A stretch of 64,000 nt of DNA from Antedon mediterranea (taxonomy: Eukaryota > Animalia > Echinodermata), in the NCBI RefSeq assembly GCF_964355755.1, contig NC_092680.1, forward strand, positions 11,842,001 through 11,906,000. Reading direction: 5' to 3'. The notes under the pieces are model-generated. The model was not told the origin of the DNA. It made no database searches and was given only the letters and a program-made list of their open reading frames with translations. The first letter of the stretch is position 1. Every line of letters starts with the position of its first letter. Positions 55,101 through 64,000 of this stretch are shown in pieces. The position numbers and the translations under genes were made by a program.

Positions 55101-58100
55101 GCACTTTGATGATTTTGTGTAACCAAGTTTCATCGAAATGTACAAAATGGTCTAAAACGTCTCCAAATGCGATTTGAAGCTATTCTAAGTACTTTTGTGT
55201 TTTTATGTTAACAAGTTTTTTCGAAAATCACAAAATGGTCTAAAACGTCTTCAAATGCGATTTGAAGCTATTCTGTACACTTTGATGTTTTGTGTGAAAA
55301 AGTTTTGTCAAAATGCTCAAAATGGTCTAAAACGTTTTTAAAACGATATTAAGCTATTTTGTGGTCTTTGATGTTTTTGTGTAACCAAGTTTCATCGAAA
55401 ATCACAAAATGATCTAAAACGTCTCCAAATGCGATTTTAAGCTTTTCTAAGCACTTTGGTGTTTTTATGTTAACAAGTTTTTTCGAAAATCACAAAATAG
55501 TCTAAAACGTCTCCAAATGCGATTTGAAGCTCTTCTGTACACTTTGATGTTTTGTGTGAAAAAGTTTTGTCGAAATTCTCAAAATGGTCTAAAACGTTTT
55601 TAAATACGATATTAAGCTGTTTTGTGCACTTTGATGATTTGTGTGAAAAGTTTTAACGAAATGCTCAAAATGGTCAAAAACGGTTTCTAATGTGATTTTA
55701 AGCACTTTGATGTTTTTGTGTAACCAAGTTTTTTCGAAAATCACAAAATGGTCTAAAACGTCTCCAAATGCGATTTGAAGCTTTTCTAAGCACTTTGGTG
55801 TTTTTATGTTAACAAGTTTTTTCGAAAATCACAAAATGGTCTAAAACGTCTCCAAATGCGATTTGAAGATATTCTGAGCACTTTGGTGTTTTTATGTTAA
55901 AAAGTTTTTTCGAAAATCACAAAATGGTCTAAAACGTCTTCAAATGCGATTTGAAGCTATTCTGTACACTTTGATGTTTTGTGTGAAAAAGTTTTGTCGA
56001 AATGCTCAAAATGGTCTAAAACGTTTTTAAATACGATATTAAGCTATTTTGTGATCTTTGATGTTTTTGTGTGAAAAGTTTTATCGAAATGCTCAAAATG
56101 GTCTAAAACGGTTTCTAATGCGATTTGAAGCTATTCTGTACACTTTGAAGTTTTGTGTGAAAAAGTTTTCTCGAAATGCTCAAAATGGTCTAAAACGTTT
56201 TTATATACCATATTAAGCTATTTTGTGCACTTTGATGTGTTTTGTGAAAAGTTTTATCGAAATGCTCAAAATGGTCTAAAACGGTTTCTATTGTGATTTT
56301 AAGCACTTTGATGATTTTGTGTAACCAAGTTTCATCGAAATGTACAAAATGGTCTAAAACGTCTCCAAATGCGATTTGAAGCTATTCTAAGTACTTTTGT
56401 GGTTTTATGTTAACAAGTTTTTTCGAAAATCACGAAATGGTCTAAAACGTCTTCAAATGCGATTTGAAGCTATTCTGTACACTTTGATGTTTTGTGTGAA
56501 AAAGTTTTGTCGAAATGCTCAAAATGGTCTAAAACGTTTTTAAATACGATATTAAGCTATTTTGTGATCTTTGATGTTTTTGTGTGAAAAGTTTTATCGA
56601 AATGCTCAAAATGGTCTAAAATGGTTTCTATTGTGATTTTAAGCACTTTGATGATTTTGTGTAACCAAGTTTCATCGAAATGTACAAAATGGTCTAAAAC
56701 GTCTCCAAATGCGATTTGAAGCTATTCTAAGTACTTTTGTGTTTTTATGTTAACAAGTTTTTTCGAAAATCACAAAATGGTCTAAAACGTCTTCAAATGC
56801 GATTTGAAGCTATTCTGTACACTTTGATGTTTTGTGTGAAAAAGTTTTGTCAAAATGCTCAAAATGGTCTAAAACGTTTTTAAAACGATATTAAGCTTTT
56901 TTGTGCTCTTTGATGTTTTTGTGTAACCAAGTTTCATCGAAAATCACAAAATGGTCTAAAACGTCTCCAAATGCGATTTGAAGCTTTTCTAAGCACTTTG
57001 GTGTTTTTATGTTAACAAGTTTTTTCGAAAATCACAAAATGGTCTAAAACGTCTCCAAATGCGATTTGAAGCTCTTCTGTACACTTTGATGTTTTGTGTG
57101 AAAAAGTTTTGTCGAAATTCTCAAAATGGTCTAAAACGTTTTTAAATACGATATTAAGCTGTTTTGTGCACTTTGATGATTTGTGTGAAGAGTTTTAACG
57201 AAATGCTCAAAATGGTCAAAAACGGTTTCTAATGTGATTTTAAGCACTTTGATGTTTTTGTGTAACCAAGTTTTTTCAAAAATTTCAAAATGGTCTAAAA
57301 CGTCTCCAAATGCGATTTGAAGCTTTTCTAAGCACTTTGGTGTTTTTATGTTAACAAGTTTTTTCGAAAATCACAAAATGGTCTAAAACGTCTCCAAATG
57401 CGATTTGAAGATATTCTGAGCACTTTGGTGTTTTTATGTTAAAAAGTTTTTTCGAAAATCACAAAATGGTCTAAAACGTCTTCAAATGCGATTTGAAGCT
57501 ATTCTGTACATGATGTTTTTGTGTAACCAAGTTTTTTCGAAAATCACAAAATGGTCTAAAACGTCTCCAAATGCGATTTGAAGCTTTTCTAAGCACTTTG
57601 GTGTTTTTATGTTAACAAGTTTTTTCGAAAATCACAAAATGGTCTAAAACGTCTCCAAATGCGATTTGAAGATATTCTGAGCACTTTGGTGTTTTTATGT
57701 TAAAAAGTTTTTTCGAAAATCACAAAATGGTCTAAAACGTCTTCAAATGCGATTTGAAGCTATTCTGTACACTTTGATGTTTTGTGTGAAAAAGTTTTGT
57801 CGAAATGCTCAAAATGGTCAAAAACGTTTTTAAATACGATATTAAGCTATTTTGTGATCTTTGATGTTTTTGTGTGAAAAGTTTTATCGAAATGCTCAAA
57901 ATGGTCTAAAACGGTTTCTAATGCGATTTGAAGCTATTCTGTACACTTTGAAGTTTTGTGTGAAAAAGTTTTCTCGAAATGCTCAAAATGGTCTAAAACG
58001 TTTTTATATACCATATTAAGCTATTTTGTGCACTTTGATGTGTTTTGTGAAAAGTTTTATCGAAATGCTCAAAATGGTCTAAAACGGTTTCTATTGTGAT

Positions 58101-61100
58101 TTTAAGCACTTTGATGATTTTGTGTAACCAAGTTTCATCGAAATGTACAAAATGGTCTAAAACGTCTCCAAATGCGATTTGAAGCTATTCTAAGTACTTT
58201 TGTGGTTTTATGTTAACAAGTTTTTTCGAAAATCACGAAATGGTCTAAAACGTCTTCAAATGCGATTTGAAGCTATTCTGTACACTTTGATGTTTTGTGT
58301 GAAAAAGTTTTGTCGAAATGCTCAAAATGGTCTAAAACGTTTTTAAATACGATATTAAGCTATTTTGTGATCTTTGATGTTTTTGTGTGAAAAGTTTTAT
58401 CGAAATGCTCAAAATGGTCTAAAACGGTTTCTATTGTGATTTTAAGCACTTTGATGATTTTGTGTAACCAAGTTTCATCGAAATGTACAAAATGGTCTAA
58501 AACGTCTCCAAATGCGATTTGAAGCTATTCTAAGTACTTTTGTGTTTTTATGTTAACAAGTTTTTTCGAAAATCACAAAATGGTCTAAAACGTCTTCAAA
58601 TGCGATTTGAAGGTATTCTGTACACTTTGATGTTTTGTGTGAAAAAGTTTTGTCAAAATGCTCAAAATGGTCTAAAACGTTTTTAAAACGATATTAAGCT
58701 ATTTTGTGCTCTTTGATGTTTTTGTGTAACCAAGTTTCATCGAAAATCACAAAATGGTCTAAAACGTCTCCAAATGCGATTTGAAGCTTTTCTAAGCACT
58801 TTGGTGTTTTTATGTTAACAAGTTTTTTCGAAAATCACAAAATGGTCTAAAACGTCTCCAAATGCGATTTGAAGCTCTTCTGTACACTTTGATGTTTTGT
58901 GTGAAAAAGTTTTGTCGAAATTCTCAAAATGGTCTAAAACGTTTTTAAATACGATATTAAGCTGTTTTGTGCACTTTGATGATTTGTGTGAAGAGTTTTA
59001 ACGAAATGCTCAAAATGGTCAAAAACGGTTTCTAATGTGATTTTAAGCACTTTGATGTTTTTGTGTAACCAAGTTTTTTCAAAAATTTCAAAATGGTCTA
59101 AAACGTCTCCAAATGCGATTTGAAGCTTTTCTAAGCACTTTGGTGTTTTTATGTTAACAAGTTTTTTCGAAAATCACAAAATGGTCTAAAACGTCTCCAA
59201 ATGCGATTTGAAGATATTCTGAGCACTTTGGTGTTTTTATGTTAAAAAGTTTTTTCGAAAATCACAAAATGGTCTAAAACGTCTTCAAATGCGATTTGAA
59301 GCTATTCTGTACACTTTGATGTTTTGTGTGAAAAAGTTTTGTCGAAATGCTCAAAATGGTCTAAAACGTTTTTAAATACGATATTAAGCTATTTTGTGAT
59401 CTTTGATGTTTTTGTGTGAAAAGTTTTATCAAAATGCTCAAAATGGTCTAAAACGGTTTCTAATGCGATTTGAAGCTATTCTGTACACTTTGAAGTTTTG
59501 TGTGAAAAAGTTTTCTCGAAATGCTCAAAATGGTCTAAAACGTTTTTATATACCATATTAAGCTATTCTGTACACTTTGATGTTTTGTGTGAAAAAGTTT
59601 TGTCAAAATGCTCAAAATGGTCTAAAACGTTTTTAAAACGATATTAAGCTATTTTGTGCTCTTTGATGATTTTGTGTAACCAAGTTTCATCGAAATGTAC
59701 AAAATGGTCTAAAACGTCTCCAAATGCGATTTGAAGCTATTCTAAGTACTTTTGTGATTTTATGTTAACAAGTTTTTTCGAAAATCACAAAATGGTCTAA
59801 AACGTCTTCAAATGCGATTTGAAGCTATTCTGTACACTTTGATGTTTTGTGTGAAAAAGTTTTGTCGAAATGCTCAAAATGGTCTAATACGTTTTTAAAA
59901 CGATATTAAGCTATTTTGTGCTCTTTGATGTTTTTGTGTAACCAAGTTTCATCGAAAATCACAAAATGGTCTAAAACGTCTCCAAATGCGATTTGAAGCT
60001 TTTCTAAGCACTTTGGTGTTTTTATGTTAACAAGTTTTTTCGAAAATCACAAAATGGTCTAAAACGTCTCCAAATGCGATTTGAAGCTCTTCTGTACACT
60101 TTGATGTTTTGTGTGAAAAAGTTTTGTCGAAATTCTCAAAATGGTCTAAAACGTTTTTAAATACGATATTAAGCTGTTTTGTGCACTTTGATGATTTGTG
60201 TGAAAAGTTTTAACGAAATGCTCAAAATGGTCTAAAACGGTTCTAATGTGATTTTAAGCACTTTGATGTTTTTGTGTAACCAAGTTTTTCGAAAATCACA
60301 AAATAGTCTAAAACGTCTCCAAATGCGATTTGAAGCTTTTCTAAGCACTTTGGTGTTTTTATGTTAACAACTTTTTTCGAAAATCACAAAATGGTCTAAA
60401 ACGTCTCCAAATGCGATTTGAGGATATTCTGAGCACTTTGGTGTTTTTTTTGTTAAAAAGTTTTTTCGAAAAATCACAAAATGGTCTAAAACGTCTCCAA
60501 ATGCGATTTGAAGCTATTCTGTACACTTTGATGTTTTGTGTGAAAAAGTTTTGTCGAAATGCTCAAAATGGTCTAAAACGTTTTTAAATACGATATTAAG
60601 CTATTTTGTGATCTTTGATGTTTTTGTGTGAAAAGTTTTATCGAAATGCTCAAAATGGTCTAAAACGGTTTCTAATGCGATTTGAAGCTATTCTGTACAC
60701 TTTGAAGTTTTGTGTGAAAAAGTTTTCTCGAAATGCTCAAAATGGTCTAAAACGTTTTTATATACCATATTAAGCTATTTTGTGCACTTTGATGTTTTTT
60801 GTGAAAAGTTTTATCGAAATGCTCAAAATGGTCTAAAACGGTTTCTATTGTGATTTTAAGCACTTTGATGATTTTGTGTAACCAAGTTTCATCGAAATGT
60901 ACAAAATGGTCTAAAACGTCTCTAAATGCGATTTGAAGCTATTCTAAGTACTTTTGTGATTTTATGTTAACAAGTTTTTTCGAAAATCACAAAATGGTCT
61001 AAAACGTCTTCAAATGCGATTTGAAGCTATTCTGTACACTTTGATGTTTTGTGTGAAAAAGTTTTGTCGAAATGCTCAAAATGGTCTAAAACGTTTTTAA

Positions 61101-64000
61101 ATACGATATTAAGCTATTTTGTGATCTTTGATGTTTTTGTGTGAAAAGTTTTATCGAAATGCTCAAAATGGTCTAAAACGGTTTCTATTGTGATTTTAAG
61201 CACTTTGATGATTTTGTGTAATCAAGTTTCATTGAAATGTACAAAATGGTCTAAAACGTCTCCAAATGCGATTTGAAGCTATTCTAAGTACTTTTGTGTT
61301 TTTATGTTAACAAGTTTTTTCGAAAATCACAAAATGGTCTAAAACGTCTTCAAATGCGATTTGAAGCTATTCTGTACACTTTGGTGTTTTTATGTTAAAA
61401 AGTTTTTTCGAAAATCACAAAATGGTCTAAAACGTCTCAAAATGCGATTTGAAGCTATTCTGTACACTTTGATGTTTTGTGTGAAAAAGTTTTGTCGAAA
61501 TGCTCAAAATGGTCTAAAACGTTTTTTAAAACGATATTAAGCTATTTTGTGCTCTTTGATGTTTTTGTTTAACCAAGTTTCATCGAAAATCACAAAATGG
61601 TCTAAAACGTTTCCAAATGCGATTTGAAGCTCTTCTGTACACTTTGATGTTTTGTGTGAAAAAGTTTTGTCGAAATTCTCAAAATGGTCTAAAACGTTTT
61701 TAAATACCATATTAAGCTGTTTTGTGCACTTTGATAATTTGTGTGAAAAGTTTTAACGAAATGCTCAAAATGGTCAAAAACGGTTTCTAATGTGATTTTA
61801 AGCACTTTGATGTTTTTGTGTAACCAAGTTTTTTCGAAAATCACAAAATGGTCTAAAACGTCTCCAAATGCGATTTGAAGCTTTTCTAAGCACTTTGGTG
61901 TTTTTATGTTAACAAGTTTTTTTGAAAATCACAAAATGGTCTAAAACGTCTCCAAATGCGATTTGAAGATATTCTGAGCACTTTGGTGTTTTTATGTTAA
62001 AAAGTTTTTTCGAAAATCACAAAATAGTCTAAAACGTCTCCAAATGCGATTTGAAGCTATTCTGTACACTTTGATGTTTTGTGTGAAAAAGTTTTGTCGA
62101 AATACTCAAAATGGTCTAAAACGTTTTTAAAACGATATTAAGCTATTTTGTGCTCTTTGATGTTTTTGTGTAACCAAGTTTCATCGAAAATCACAAAATG
62201 GTCTAAAACGTCTCCAAATGCGATTTGAAGCTTTTCTAAGCACTTTGGTGTTTTTATGTTAACAAGTTTTTTTCGAAAATCACGAAATGGTCTAAAATGT
62301 CTCCAAATGCGATTTTAAGATATTCTGAGCACTTTGGTGTTTTTATGTTAAAAAGTTTTTTCGAAAATCACAAAATGGTCTAAAACGTCTCCAAATGCGA
62401 TTTGAAGCTCTTCTGTACACTTTGATGTTTTGCGTGAAAAAGTTTTGTCGAAATGCTCAAAATGGTCTAAAACGTTTTTAAATACGATATTAAGCTATTT
62501 TGTGATCTTTGATGTTTTTGTGTGAAAAGTTTTATCAAAATGCTCAAAATGGTCTGAAACGGTTTCTAATGCGATTTGAAGCTATTCTGTACACTTTGAA
62601 GTTTTGTGTGAAAAAGTTTTCTCGAAATGCTCAAAATGGTCTAAAACGTTTTTATATACCATATTAAGCTATTTTGTGCACTTTGATGTTTTTTGTGAAA
62701 AGTTTTATCGAAATGCTCAAAATGGTCTAAAACGGTTTCTATTGGGATTTTAAACACTTTGATGATTTTGTGTAACCAAGTTTCATCGAAATGTACAAAA
62801 TGGTCTAAAACGTCTCCAAATGCGATTTGAAGCTATTCTAAGTACTTTTGTGTTTTTATGTTAACAAGTTTTTTCGAAAATCACAAAATGGTCTAAAACG
62901 TCTTCAAATGCGATTTGAAGCTATTCTGTACACTTTTATGTTTTGTGTGAAAAAGTTTTGTCGAAATTCTCAAAATGGTCTAAAACGTTTTTAAATACGA
63001 TATTAAGCTGTTTTGTGCACTTTGATGATTTGTGTGAAAAGTTTTAACGAAATGCTCAAAATGGTCAAAAACGGTTTCTAATGTGATTTTAAGCACTTTG
63101 ATGTTTTTGTGTAACCAAGTTTTCAAAAATCACAAAATGGTCTAAAACGTCTCCAAATGCGATTTGAAGATATTCTGAGCACTTTGGTGTTTTTATGTTA
63201 AAAAGTTTTTTCGAAAATCACAAAATAGTCTAAAACGTCTCCAAATGCGATTTGAAGCTATTCTGTACACTTTGATGTTTTGTGTGAAAAAGTTTTGTCG
63301 AAATGCTCAAAATGGTCTAAAACGTTTTTAAAACGATATTAAGCTATTTTGTGCTCTTTGATGTTTTTGTGTAACCAAGTTTCATCGAAAATCACAAAAT
63401 GGTCTAAAACGTCTCCAAATGCGATTTGAAGCTTTTCCAAGCACTTTGCTGTTTTTATGTTAACAAGTTTTTTCGAAAATCACAAAATGGTCTAAAACGT
63501 CTCCAAATGCGATTTGAAGCTCTTCTGTACACTTTGATGTTTTGTGTGAAAAAGTTTTGTCGAAATGCTCAAAATGGTCTAAAACGTTTTTAAATACGAT
63601 ATTAAGCTGTTTTGTGCACTTTGATGATTTGTGTGAAAAGTTTTAAAGAAATGCTCAAAATGGTCTAAAACGGTTTCTAATGTGATTTTAAGCACTTTGA
63701 TGTTTTTGTGTAACCAAGTTTTTTCGAAAATCACAAAATAGTCTAAAACGTCTCCAAATGCGATTTGAAGCTTTTCTAAGCACTTTGGTGTTTTTATGTT
63801 AACAAGTTTTTTCGAAATGTACAAAATGGTCTAAAACGTCTCCAAATGCGATTTGAAGCTATTCTAAGTACTTTTGTGTTTTTATGTTAACAAGTTTTTT
63901 CGAAAATCACAAAATGGTCTAAAACGTCTTCAAATGCGATTTGAAGCTATTCTGTACACTTTGATGTTTTGTGTGAAAAAGTTTTGTCGAAATGCTCAAA
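43156..64000 (+). repeat. Tandem satellite DNA array, same family and orientation, right arm
   Basis: Satellite resumes at ACTTTGGTGTTTTTATGTTA (43156) and continues with the same monomer classes to the window end. Confidence 0.99.
55708..59313 (+). repeat. Tandem duplication within satellite, 1803-bp unit (55708-57510 and 57511-59313)
   Basis: GATGTGTTTTG at 56239/58042 and GTGAAGAGTTT at 57190/58993. The junction CTGTACA|TGATGTTTTTGTGTAACC at 57510/57511 fixes both ends. Confidence 0.9.

Noticed and set aside
60230-60480. Cluster of 1-bp indels in homopolymers
   Set aside because: All are homopolymer length changes and cannot be distinguished from long-read consensus errors without reads.
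63579-63824. 81-aa minus-strand ORF
   Set aside because: Entirely satellite-derived chance open frame.
1-64000. CRISPR-like array (conserved ~30-bp motif with variable intervening sequence)
   Set aside because: The intervening segments are homologous to each other and fall into a few recurring classes rather than unique spacers. There are no cas genes or leader.

Overview
The window is almost entirely one eukaryotic-type, AT-rich tandem satellite array in a single orientation. Monomers are 86-88 bp, with a 78-bp class, all anchored on AAAATGGTCTAAAACG. About ten diverged monomer classes assemble into modules (427, 340 and 262/350 bp) and a recurrent 12-monomer higher-order repeat (HOR) of ~1029 bp. 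Recent tandem duplications (950, 1201, 1205, 1803, 2746, 3777 bp) and dispersed copies (offsets 6102, 12273, 28929 bp) overlay this. The only non-satellite DNA is a ~1.16-kb internal fragment of an L1/Tx1-type non-LTR retrotransposon ORF2 (41992-43155; post-RT region plus CCHC zinc finger). It is truncated at both ends, has no poly(A) or clean TSD, and is fused in frame to satellite start and stop codons. About 240 bp upstream lies the only inversion seen, a 46-bp-arm fold-back palindrome grown from the monomer's own hairpin, preceded by a cluster of rare mutations. Together these look like one composite break-repair scar. No intact host genes, RNA genes or CRISPR arrays are supported. All coordinates and offsets were counted by eye; duplication boundaries are approximate unless stated otherwise.
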